Positions 30,501 to 42,761 of a stretch of DNA of 64,000 nt are shown here, piece after piece. Source of the stretch: Blastocystis sp. Blastoise (Eukaryota > Protista > Bigyra: Opalinata). The notes beneath the pieces are model-generated. The model was not told the DNA's origin and did not search any database. It worked only from the letters and a program-made list of their open reading frames with translations. The DNA lies in the NCBI GenBank assembly GCA_039096225.1, contig JBBPEB010000029.1, positions 926,928 to 990,927 of the forward strand, read 5' to 3'. The translations under genes and the position numbers were made by a program. Position 1 is the first letter of the stretch. The number at the start of each line of letters is the position of its first letter.

Positions 30501-32150
30501 AGTGAATATAATAAATTATCTGTTGATGAATGGAAACTAAATTATAAAGAAATGAAAAGATATGACAATGAAGAAGAAAATGGTATGTTGACGCATAATG
30601 ATGTAATTGAATCTATTGACACTATTGACTGTACAACTTCTTTGCATTCTTCTTATTCAATTAAGGAGTCTATTAGATCGATTCTCAACTACAGAGATGA
30701 ATCTGATAAAGAGAATTTCTCTAGTATGTGTAAACATAATGGAATTGACATTCCAAAAAGAAAAAAGTATATATTTTATAGATATTATTTATAATTTAAA
30801 GTTTTATTAGCTTTTATATTTAATATATCAATAGAGTTAGACAAGATGTATTAATTAATAATGATAATAATCCTAAAGTGGCTCCTGTGATAGAAAATAG
30901 AGAAAGAATTGCTTCCGAATTTGCAAAAAATAATCGAGTAGTGTCAAGCCTCAATTTATTTACATCAAAACAATTAGTTGATGCTATTATAAGTGATAAA
31001 ATAAAGAAAGAAGATATTAGGAACGTTGATAATACAAATATGAGCGCCATTCCTGATAATGAATTTCCTGAAATTTTTCAAATAAACGAAAATGATATCA
31101 ATATTCTTTATAGTTCTCTTATTTCCTCTCAAAATCAAACAGAATGTATTAATTCATCATGTCCAAAGAAAATGAAAGTGAATCAATTTCAGTCAACAGA
31201 TCAGAATCAAACCAACTTGATACTAGGAGTTGCTCAACAAAAAAGAAGTCGTGGTAGACCCAAAAAGACTCTAACTGGTGCAGATTCAAGTGTTAACAGT
31301 CCAAAAAGAATTGTAGAAAATGAAAATAGTGGTTTCAAAAGAAATACAGACTATCATGATGATAATACTTGTAACAGATCTTTAATGGACCAGAATTTGA
31401 ACACCCAAGATGATGATAAAGGCGAAGTATCAACAGATGAGAAACGTAAAAAAGTTATTTCAATTATTTTATCTCAGAAATACACGTATGTATTATATTA
31501 TTACAATATTTAATATCTGTAGTATTTTTTTAGAAAATGAGAAAAACAATCTGTATCGCTTCTCGTCAAATTTCAACTTAATGATTCTTCAGCTGAGACA
31601 AAATATTGTTGATCGTCTTTTTAAATCAATTATACAAGATCTTTCACTTTCTTATTTCGTTACACCATCATTAATTATTGAAACAGAAGTTCCTTGCCAA
31701 AGATTATTTATTGATACATTTTTCAAGCTATTTTCTTCTAGATTTCAGCCTAATTATTGTTTTGAAATGTCGAATATCATGCAATATCTAAAAAGAATGA
31801 TTAACTTATCGTCTTCAGTCACTTCACTAGTAGATCTTGTAAAAATGGAGTTCCACGAGTTTTCTCTTTACTACGAAATGACTGTTAGTTTATGTCTTAC
31901 AGTCAACCCTACTAGTATTAAGAGTGAGACTTCTTTCAGTACGTTAAAAAGAGTAAAATCTTATTTACAGAATGGAATGAAGGGTGATTTATTGGACGCT
32001 TATATGTCGTCTACCTGTAATGAAGTTTTAATGGATTCTCTAGATTCTTCTGCAATCGTAGATGAGTTTATGAAGAATTTGCACTTGGTACCTTTAAGTA
32101 ATTCGCTGATCCAAAAGGTTTTAAATATGGAACTTGTTAAAAGTTTATGA
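27581..32150 (+). CDS. hAT transposase (ZMYM1/Tip100-like type), intron-containing, apparently intact
   Basis: Zn-finger-like WYCVSC...H...H, first catalytic D in YSITTDGTT...EQMIITIRY, second D in VSFDNC, CxxH motif GCRAHLLNL, SQTRF, and a C-terminal dimerisation domain PTSIKSETSFSTLKRVKSYLQNGM containing the catalytic E. Several short 5' introns plus introns at ~30768-30834 and ~31486-31533. The start codon is approximate. Confidence 0.92.
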
Positions 32151-32652
32151 ATTTATGTTATCATTATTATTTACTTAATTATTAAGTCTTTATTATATTT
32201 ATATGATCGATATTATGTATAAATTATTTCTATTATTTAAATTTATTTCAATATAATTTCCTTCTTTTTTCAATAAATGTTTTACCTAGGATTCTTTATA
32301 AAGAATCAACGATATTCAATAATTATATACCAAATAAAATGATAAATAAACTAAAAATATAACGATAGAATCATTATGTATGAATATAATGTAAAAAAGT
32401 TATCTTTACAAATAAATAATCAATTTATAATGTTGAGATATGCAAAAATAAATGATTACATGAATTATGACAGTGAAATTTTTTTTAAAGTTGTTCCTTT
32501 TGAATGAATTACTGACAAAAGTATCTCAAAATTATGAACATATCTTTTTTTTCACCAATTTAAAAACCTAAATATAATTAAATATTAAAACATAATATAT
32601 AATAAATAAATTAGAAAGAGTTTATATTATAATAATATAATATCATATTTCT

Positions 32653-32717
32653 TTCAAGTCAGGAGTCGAACCTGATATAAATCCAAATAGGATTCTAAAT
32701 CTCCATCAGATCTTGAA
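32653..32717 (-). ncRNA. Compact tRNA-like cloverleaf, copy 3 (diverged sequence, same fold)
   Basis: Minus strand reads TTCAAG-ATCT gatgg AGAT-tta-GAATCC tattt GGATTT-ata-TCAGG ttcgact CCTGA-CTTGAA, with a canonical B box GGTTCGACTCC. Confidence 0.65.
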
Positions 32718-35368
32718 CACAAATTTATATAACATAAATATTTATCTTTAGGGAATGAATCACAGTATTTTCAAGAGAAATAGAATTTGTTCGTGATACA
32801 TCATTTAAGGAAATAGAATGACTATCATCATGTAAAAAGATTTTCGGAAATAATAAATAATAATAAAAGAATCGAATTAAAGTAGTTAGCAAGTATAATA
32901 TGGTATATATGGAAAACGTGCAATTAGTAATATTATATACAAATATCCATATTGAAATAATACTTAATTCCTTTGAATATAGTAAAACATATAAAAGCTA
33001 ATAGGAAAAGAAGTAACTGTGTTAATAATAAAAGAAAACGCCAAACATAGAATATAAGATAGAAAAAGATGCAATATATGCTAAAATACAGTTATATATA
33101 GAAACAATTAGGTAGAATTAAAAACAAAATATAAAAGTACATAGTATGTACAAAAATAAACATGAACATCTAATAATGGAGACAAAATGAGTTGTATTAA
33201 ACATATCCATGTTTTCTAAAAGACAATAATAGAAATAAATAAAAATAAGGATAATCAGAAGATTAAGTACACCGAAATGAAATTTAAATAATAGTTAGGT
33301 GTACTATCAGAATATAATATTTAATTCATGAGAAATGTAGAAGTAAGTGAATAGAAAGGAAAGAAACAAGTGGATAAAACATCGATAGTAAGAAAGGTAT
33401 GATATATAGGAAAGATTCGAGAGTATTACAGTAGATAGAAACTATTAGTAGAAATAAAACTATTTTAATAGATTGTACAATTCATATTAGTAGATAGATA
33501 AATAATAATACAGAAGTAGGTTAAGGAAGCTAGAAAATAATGAAATGAAAGAAAACATAACAAACAGTTACATATTAAATCGACATTTAACAATAACATA
33601 AAAAGTTGTATAAGGATAATCAAATGAACAATAGATACAATCGGCGATATAATAAGAAGAGATATATGAAGAAAAAAAATAAGTGTTGATGAATGAAGTA
33701 AGATGGATCTCAATTACATTTAAATTAGTAGAAGGAAATCAGAAAAGAATAAAAAGAATTTAAGATGAAGTTTAATAAAAACAGGCATAATAAACTTAAT
33801 ATTAAAATAATAAATCGTGCTTTTTCAATAATAAAATCAGATAGATTAGACATATATGGCAGAATAAGATTCATAATAATAGAGAAACAGAGAAGAAGAA
33901 TTAGCTCTCATTGAATTAATCAATGAATACGAGACTTTAGTCAATGAATAGTTAAAAGCAGAAGTATAGTAGGAAATATAATTCGTACAATTCAAAATGA
34001 AGAACAAACAAAAGCACAACCAGGACACCATAATAAAAGGAATATGAACAAAATCAGGGATGAATAGACATAATTATCATCAAAAGGAGAATACTGATTG
34101 AATAAAGTATTATTAATATGAATATATTAATAAGGAAGATAAGAACGACTAAAAGAAACAAATTCACATCATTAGATAATAGAAGATCAAGTTCTAATGA
34201 ATAATTAGTTTGAATAAAGAAAGAAGCCAGGAGTGTATCAGTCACTATGTAAAAGAAATGAGTAAGATTTAAGGTAATAAAAACCAAAACAATGTTCATA
34301 TATTAGAAATATTTGAGATGAGAATCTAAAACGAAAAATAATATATAAATCATATATAAAGTGGTAAAAATTTAAAGGATATAGCGATATTTATTATAGA
34401 AATCATTATCAAATGAAATATCATGATAAAGACAAAGAAACTTAGAGAATGCTAAATACATTTTTTCTCCTAAAAGATTTATGACACCAAATCAAAATAA
34501 TAAATAGGAAACAATTGAATAAATATTAGTTTGTATAATATTTAAGAAGAATATATGATCATATATACATATGCAAAGAATATTCCAATTCTATTTCATC
34601 CCATTAATCAATATTATCTATATGAATCAAATGTATTTGATAGACCTATAAAAAAATTATATAGCAACTAAAAGTACAAGGAATGAATCAATTGTAATAA
34701 GTATTAATATAACTAAAAGAATTACATATATAGTTTAACCTAAAATCAATACAGAAGTAATAATTATATTCTTGAAGTATATCAATAGAAAATATCTTAT
34801 TGAGAAAATGCTAAAACAGATTGGTATTAATATTTTGTAGTGATTTAAAAAAAATTCTCATGAATTTCTATAAACATTTTTTATTGAATTATCAGCTAGA
34901 CGATCATATTTGTATAAGTTATTATGATAAAACATTCAATACAAATATACTCTATTCATTTCATATAAGAAAGTAACTAATTTGTGGATTGATGTGTATT
35001 CAAACTAAATCAAGATATAAAGACATTCATTGATTAGGTGTTTCCACAGAATTAATTGCAAGGAATTAAACTAGGGAGTCTTGTAAAGTTTGTCATTGTT
35101 GAGTATTTCTGAAAGTATTATTAAACATTTTAAAGAATCATTGTCTGTTATCATATTTTCAAATACTTTCATTATCAAAGTCATATTAAGCAAAGAAATC
35201 AATGTAGTCACAAATCATGTCATGATTCTTGACATTTTTTTCCTTTTGTTGTTAAGTACGTTATTATTATCTTTAGAATTCTTACAATATAACAAGTATT
35301 CAATTTCATAGAAATCACTTACGGCTTCAGTTTATCTGAATTCAGCATTATTAAGTTAGGCTGAAAAA

Positions 35369-35420
35369 GTGTCACAAAAAAATAGCGTGGCAATTGTCAC
35401 AAAAGTCAGGGAAGGCTCTG
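35369..35420. repeat. Right TIR and subterminal motifs of the hAT element
   Basis: GTGTCACAAAA and CGTGGCAATTGTCACAAAAGTCAGGGAAGGCTCTG, followed directly by the TSD. Confidence 0.85.
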
Positions 35421-35650
35421 GTTGTCTATAAGAAATTATTTTTTTTAATAATTGTGAGAATATTGATTTTACAAGATAATTATTATTATTTCTCGTGATT
35501 TATTTTTTAGGCAGGTCATTTTTCTTGTAAAACTTTTCTTGTTTGAGAATTCTTCCAATTTAAAAGCAAGTTGGTATTTTTATACTATTAAATATTATGA
35601 TAAGAATGATCTTAATCTAATTATTGTAGAATTATAGCCAAATTGAGAAA

Positions 35651-38600
35651 ATGTCAGCTACAAAGTGTCAATTAACTGAAGAAAAATGTATTTAAGTCTA
35701 ATTACAAACGATTTATATGATTTTAGATTTGTTTACATTTCAAGATGAGACACAATTATGGATTCCTAGAAAATTTATTGAGAAATATCCTCAATTACCT
35801 TTTCATGATATTATAAAACACTCAGAGAAATATGAGGATGGCAGTCATTATATAGATATGCTTCCATTTCATATAAAAAAAGTGATTTCGTTTTTTATGG
35901 ACAAAAACCAAGATATTTCTTCTTTAAATCTACGAGATAGTTACGATATATATAGAACACTTCTTGAATATTCAGTTACACTTGATAAAGAAATTCAAAG
36001 TGATTTATTATTTCATATTGAAGAATTATTTATTGACTATTTGAATGCGAATAATTATACTTTTTTTAAATATTTGCAATATGATTATTGTCAAATAAAC
36101 ATACCTATGGAATTATTCGATTTAGAAAAGAAAGAAATGCATATACAAGGTAATTCTATATTATAATACAATTTATATATTGAATAGGATTATTTTCACC
36201 TCAACGGAAAGATGAATTATTCTATTATTCGATTCTAATTAAAATGATGAATATTACTGAAGTTGAAATAACATGTATATATATATATTAGTATATAAAT
36301 AATATATAGATGATTATGCCTCAAATATTCCAATAGAATATATATGTCCATCGTGTATTAAAGATCTGTTTACATCATTAGAGAAATTAGCAATTTCTGG
36401 TATATAAATATATATCTAATAAATGCTAATATAAATAGTGACTTCAAATTATAAGAAAAGTAAAATAGTATTAAATCCAAATAGTGATGAATATAAAATG
36501 GAATATAATCGGTTATTTAATAGTGATGAATATAAAACTAAAAATTTTGAAAATTATGATCATTATGCGGAATCTGAAATGTATGAATATAATAAGGTTT
36601 ATTTAGATGTGAAAACAATCGATTCCAATAAATTGGTTACTTCCATTAATGGAAAAAGAAGAATGAAGGAATTACCTAAATTGTATAAGTATATTCCTGA
36701 TGATGCTATATATACAAATGATTATTCAGAAGTAGAAATAAGTCAAATGAATGATAAAGATAAAGAAGAAGAAGATAGAGTTAACATTTATTATCGTCGT
36801 ATATACTATTTATAATTATATAATTTACTGTTCTATATAGATTATAGAAAAGAATCAACATTCACGTATTTAAGTATATTCTTTTGTATTATGAATTGTA
36901 TATAACATATAATAGTATTGACAAATTCTCTTCAGAATGGGGTATATCTCAATTATTACGTCTGTTTTCATATTTGAATGTTTCTACAATTGAAAGAGGT
37001 CATTGTAAATGAATATATGAATAAAATAAAATATTTCTTTTTAGATAATGAGTCAGAATATAAGGCTAGAATTATTCTGAAAATATTAGAAGAAGGTGTA
37101 TTTGATTCATTAAGTATATTAAGTGTGAAATGGAGTATTTTTTATTATCATTATCAATATTTACAATATATTATAGTTAGAACATTAACTGAAAGAATTG
37201 ATTATAGTTTGCTTATGAAAGTAATGACAACTCATATATTTCCAAATGTTACTGAACTCATCTATGATGATGGTAAAGATATATAATAAATAAAAGTATA
37301 TATTATATATAGAATCCTTCCCATTATCTTCAATAAAGAAAGAATGTTTTCCGAAATTACATATTATCAATTATAATGTTGAAATAAGTAAAATATATAT
37401 TAATATATAACTATTATTTTTAATCTAGCTTATGAGAATTTTGAGTACCTGTTTCCTATGGATTTAATGTCTATAATCGATACTATTACAATAATTAGTA
37501 TTGAAGATAATCATAATAAGGAAATAGCTAATCTTTTTGATAACCTAGTTTATACTCATTCAATTCATATTAATGTAGCTTTTATAGACTCTGTTAGCAT
37601 ATATATATTTATTTTTATATGACTTTTATATAATTACATTTCTTTGTTTTTTATATAGATAAATTGATTTATAATTTACCACATTCAAAAGAATTATTAG
37701 AGAAAGATCTTATTTCTATTTATGAACTTAAAAGTAATATTTTTTTTATTTAATATATTATTATATTGTTATATTATATATATATTCATATACTATAAGT
37801 TGATACTTCTAATGGTGAAATTATAAAAAAATTAGATTATTTTGAAAATTATAAACATAATATTGATCGTTTAGATATTCAATTCAATGGTATTCATTCT
37901 ATTTATATATTATATATTTAATATATAATATTAATACTTATAGATAATATGAAAGATAATGGGAGAAATTCTTTAGAAAGATTTTTAAAGAGTAGTTTAT
38001 TACAACATTTGAAAGAATTAAATATTTCATGTATACTCTTTATTATCTATATATTATTATTATATTTTGTATAATGATTATAGTTGAAGAAACTATAAGT
38101 TTAGAATATTTAACATGGATATCAAGTGTTTTTAATGGAAACAAAATTAATTTTATTGATGAACTAATGATTAATTGTATATTGTATTATTAAATGTATG
38201 AATATATATAGTAAGTTGTATCCAGAAAGACTCATCTTCTGAATATTTAACAGTATTCGAAGACATAATGGCAAACATAATTCCAAAAGCTTCTATTGTA
38301 ACAATAGATGGTATTTATTATTGATATATATATATAACTATATTTTTATGGATTTTAATAATTATTTAATTGATTTTTATTTTTTAATTAGATTGCTCTA
38401 TAACTGTTATAAATCGATTAATAGGCAAAGGCTGTTTCCATAATACAACTGAATTATCATTATGTATGTATATATTTTAATTATAATATTATATATATAT
38501 ATTAATATTTTATATAAATATTATTCTAGTTATTAATGATATACCAGATGAAAGCTTTTATGAACTATATACTATAGATAATTTTCCTAAATTAAAATCT

Positions 38601-39375
38601 ATCATATTTAGTATATATTAATGATAATAATACATAGTATATTATAAATTATGAATTTTTGTGTATTCTTTCTTTATTATATATTTTATTTTATTCAATA
38701 TTATATATATTAATAGGAACATTTAGAGAGAGAGATTGGTGGAATGATTTTATCCAAAAATTATGTACATATATTAATCATGGCAATTTTCCATTATCAA
38801 GTATTATTCAATTAACTGGTGTGTTACTAATAATAATATTATTCATATTCATTAATATTATATTTCTATAGATGATTGTTATAATAAAAACTTTTTTTTG
38901 ATTCTAACACTTCAATTCTTCGATGTAAACAGGATACTCATTCATTTATGGAAACAATTACATGTATAAATGGTATATATCTGTAACTAATATAATATAT
39001 ATTTATATATATGTAGATAAAACAATAAATGAATATGAAATAGAGACATTATTTGATTGTATAAATGAAAACAAAACTAAAAGTTTAAAAAGTTTAGAAA
39101 TATGTATACATATATATAAATATTTTAAATTATATTTTTTTTATAGATATTTATAATGAGGAACACCTATCAAAATTGATCAATTTTATAACTGCAAGAA
39201 GAATTCCTAGATTGAAAGAATTTGTCATTCATATCGGTATATTTACAGATATATATTATCTATAATGTTTTGTATAGATGAATATATTCCAGATGAACAC
39301 ATTAATTCATATAAACAACAATTGATTGATTCTATGTTTATTCAAGAAAATCATGTGTATTATAAATTCGATTAA
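35651..39375 (+). CDS. Intron-rich protein with an N-terminal BTB/POZ-like region and degenerate leucine-rich repeats, likely from a lineage-expanded family; one apparent frameshift
   Basis: About 20 short exons. N-terminus LFTFQDETQLWIPRKFIEKYPQLPF...YEDGSHYIDM; repeated FPxLxxLxI-type units (FPNVTELIY, FPKLHII, FPKLKSIIF, IPRLKEFVI). The frame breaks at the T8 run 38892-38899. Confidence 0.7.
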
Positions 39376-41195
39376 ATTAAGTAAATTCTTTTATATTTGC
39401 TTTTTTTTGTTGCTTTATATATAATATATTTTTTTCTTATTTAAAAAAAAGAATATTTAAATTTCTATTAATTATATATATATATATATATTTATTATTT
39501 TATTTGAAAATAATGGAATAAAAATAATCAGTATATATGTTAGCTGTTGTTTTCAGTATTTGATATTCTTTAAATAATATATTATTGTTTACTATGAATT
39601 CATTGTTTTATTGTGCTTATTAGGTATTCATTTAAAACTATAAATGTTTCTAAAGATTTATTCTTATACAAAAATAATTTGAAATAATTTTTGGTAAAAA
39701 ATGTTTAATGACTGTTAACTACTATATATGAAGTATTAAAAACCAAAAAGACTGTTTTGGATCTACTTTTTTAAAAGAATTACAAATTCTTCATATTTAA
39801 AAAAATATTTGTTTTAGGGTTTCTTATGTAGTTATATAATGTTTGTTTAACAGTTTATAAAAGAAGTTTCAAAGAAAGCTGTAGAAGAATAGAGTAAATG
39901 TGTTGTTTATATAAGAATCTCTTTTCATGCTTAATATATAAAATACCAAATAGTTTTTTGTATATATATAATTAAATATCATATAGAGACTTTGATATAA
40001 AATAGATTAATATATAGTATACCATTTAATAGAATTATACATGTTTATAAATATTGAAAAAAATATGTTTTTATGATTCATTATAAATGTAAAATATATT
40101 TAAAAATTACAGTTATTAAATGTATATATATGAATTGTTATACTTGAAATCATTTTATATGCTATTATATCAGAATTTAATTATTTATTATATAATTGAT
40201 ATTGTTTAAATAAGATAATGAATAAGAAACGTTCTGTACTGGGAGCTAATCATATTTGATCTATAGATGAATATGGTAAATATATATAAGTTAAGTATCT
40301 TAGATAATAATTTTTTGTTGAATAGTATACAAAAAAGTGATAATCATTGTTTGGATGGAGATAATATACTCATTTACATGACAATTATAAGGAGTATTAA
40401 ATATATTATGATTAATTATTATAAAGAATAAAAATAGAAAAAAATAATGATTTTTTAATTAACTAGAAGGATATTGAAATTGAAAGAAATAAAATAATTT
40501 GAATGGGTAGAGAATTATATTATGAATGTAATAAATATATAAAAATATTAAATCGAGGATAGAATTGGAATGATTAGCTAAAGAAACATCATAATTATGA
40601 TTTAGATCAGTGATTCATGTAGTTCATTGCTATTTAAATAATATTAAATATATATTTATGTTCAAATAGATCCTATGAAGAAGATAAAAACCAAATTGTG
40701 AATAAATGATAATTCTTACAAATAATGAATAGTAATTTATAATTATTAGAACACTCTAATTAAGAATTAATATAGAATTGACTTGCTACCGTAGCTAATG
40801 GAATGAAGAATGACAGTTATTTGTTTATTTTGATCTATTTTAATGTTTTTCTTGTAGATTACATGATTTATAAATAACAAAATAAAATATTTTTCATTAT
40901 AAATGCAATTTAAATGAATAATATAGAGATTTAAAAAATGAATAAAAAAATTGAAAATAATCTGTATTTATTTTAAAATAAAAGTCAATGAATCACAAAT
41001 AATCGTGAATTGGTGAAAACCTAGTTTTTCATCAATATTTACGATTATTATTATTTTTAAGGCATAAAAAAAAATTTGTTTTCATTCAGTTTATTAACTA
41101 GAATTCTGAATTAGAGAAACAAGTTTCTCTTTATAGGATAGAAAAATAGTTTTTAAAAAGTTTTCATTTTTCTTTTATTCCTTATATTATTAAGA

Positions 41196-42761
41196 ATGGT
41201 GAAAGAGAAGGTAGAATTTGATGCGAATAAGATTGGTGATATTCAGAAGGATGTAATTCATTTTGAAAGACTGATTGGTGATTTGATTGGTATTTTAAGT
41301 AAGTCAATAAGTTTCTGTATTCATTCAGGTGAGTCCGTGAATGAATTAGTGAATCGATTAACAAGAAATTGTGAAGGAATGAATGATAAGAATGGTGATG
41401 ATCCACATATAATTATCCAAGAATCATCTTTTCTGAATGAAAATGATTTAAATATGAATAATAATGATAATGGAATTGATTATATTCGATTCACTAATAA
41501 TGGTCCAGTTTATTCTCTTCCTAAAAGAGTAACAAATAGTTTAGTGGGTAGTTATTTATATGAACAATGTCAAGAAGAAAAAAGAACTATTTATGGTGAA
41601 GTTTATTTGGATTATCGTGGTGATGAAACAGTAGCTCCTTTATTAATTGATTCTTTAATGAATAAGAAAGTGAATATTGATAAATTGAAATTTGGAGATC
41701 AAATTGATTTATTAAATCTATTTGAATATTGTGAATTACCTATTCCTGAAGAATTAATGAAAGTTTATTACCAAAGAGATCACAATATTAAGAAATATGA
41801 AGAAGATGATGATGTTATTCTTTATATAAATGAAAAGAAAGATGATATATTAAGAGATTATTGGAAGAAGAATGAATTATGGAATAATATAGTAAATGAA
41901 TATGCTGATGGATACGTATATTTTGATGAAAAGAATAATGAAATGTATATGAAGAAGGATTATAAATATATTGATCATATATATGAATATGTTCAATATA
42001 ATTGTATTTATGTTTCTGAAGAAGAAGCAAAAAATATAAATAGAGAATTATTAGAGAATGAAATGTATAAATTATTTGGTGATAAGGGAAAAGAAAAGGT
42101 AAAAGAAGGAATGATAACTCCTCAATGTTTTGTTGGCACAAAAATAATAATGAATTATTCAATGGAAATTCAACTAGTTAATTGGCTTGGTAAAGAAAAG
42201 AAATGGAAATTATTATTTAGATATTTATTTTTTAATATTATATCATTATATATAGAGCAAGTGAGCATAATTATTCAAAAGACGAATTCCATAAATATTG
42301 TGATAATCAAGGAGAAACAGTAACTATAATCAAATATATAGGTCATAATAATCATATTAATATATTTGGAGGATATACAGATCAAAGTTGGACTGGTTCA
42401 GGTGGTATATTTATTTATGTAATTATTCAATATAATTTATATAGGTTATAAATCTTATTCTAAAGAATTTCTATTTACTTTAAGTAATGAACATGGTATT
42501 TCTCCTACTAAATATGATTATACACAAAGTGATAGAAGATATGGTATATATTGTTCTTCTTCTTATGGTCCAACATTTGGAGGTGGTTTTGATATCTATA
42601 TATCTGATCAATGTCATAGTAATACTAATTCTTCTTGTAAAGCATCTTCTTATTCTCAAGTGAATACTCCTCAAAAATCATCCTTATTTGTAAATACTAA
42701 TGATGCTAATTCTAGAAATCAATTTACAGTAGAAGATTATGAAGTATGGGGAAGAGCATAA
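41196..42761 (+). CDS. TLDc-domain protein with BTB-like N-terminal regions; first intron has a non-canonical donor
   Basis: WLGKEKKWKLLFR/ASEHNYSKDEFHKYCDNQGETVTIIK...IFGGYTDQSW / ...FLFTLSNEHGISPTKY...GPTFGGGFDIYISD...FTVEDYEVWGRA* is a classic TLDc motif set. Confidence 0.88.

Larger units (their letters stand above)
19102..35420 (+). mobile_element. Giant (16,319 bp) hAT-superfamily DNA transposon, complete with TIRs and 8-bp TSD
   Basis: Identical 8-mer GTTGTCTA at 19094-19101 and 35421-35428. Left end CAGCCCCTTCCCTG...AATTGCCACG versus right end (reverse complement) CAGAGCCTTCCCTG...AATTGCCACG: 12/14 terminal identity, 25/35 overall. TGTCAC/GTGACA subterminal motifs cluster at both ends, and a hAT transposase lies inside. 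Confidence 0.92.

Noticed and set aside
38885-38900. Programmed frameshift in the LRR-like gene
   Set aside because: A one-base deficit in a T8/A5 homopolymer context is most simply a long-read assembly error or a recent mutation.
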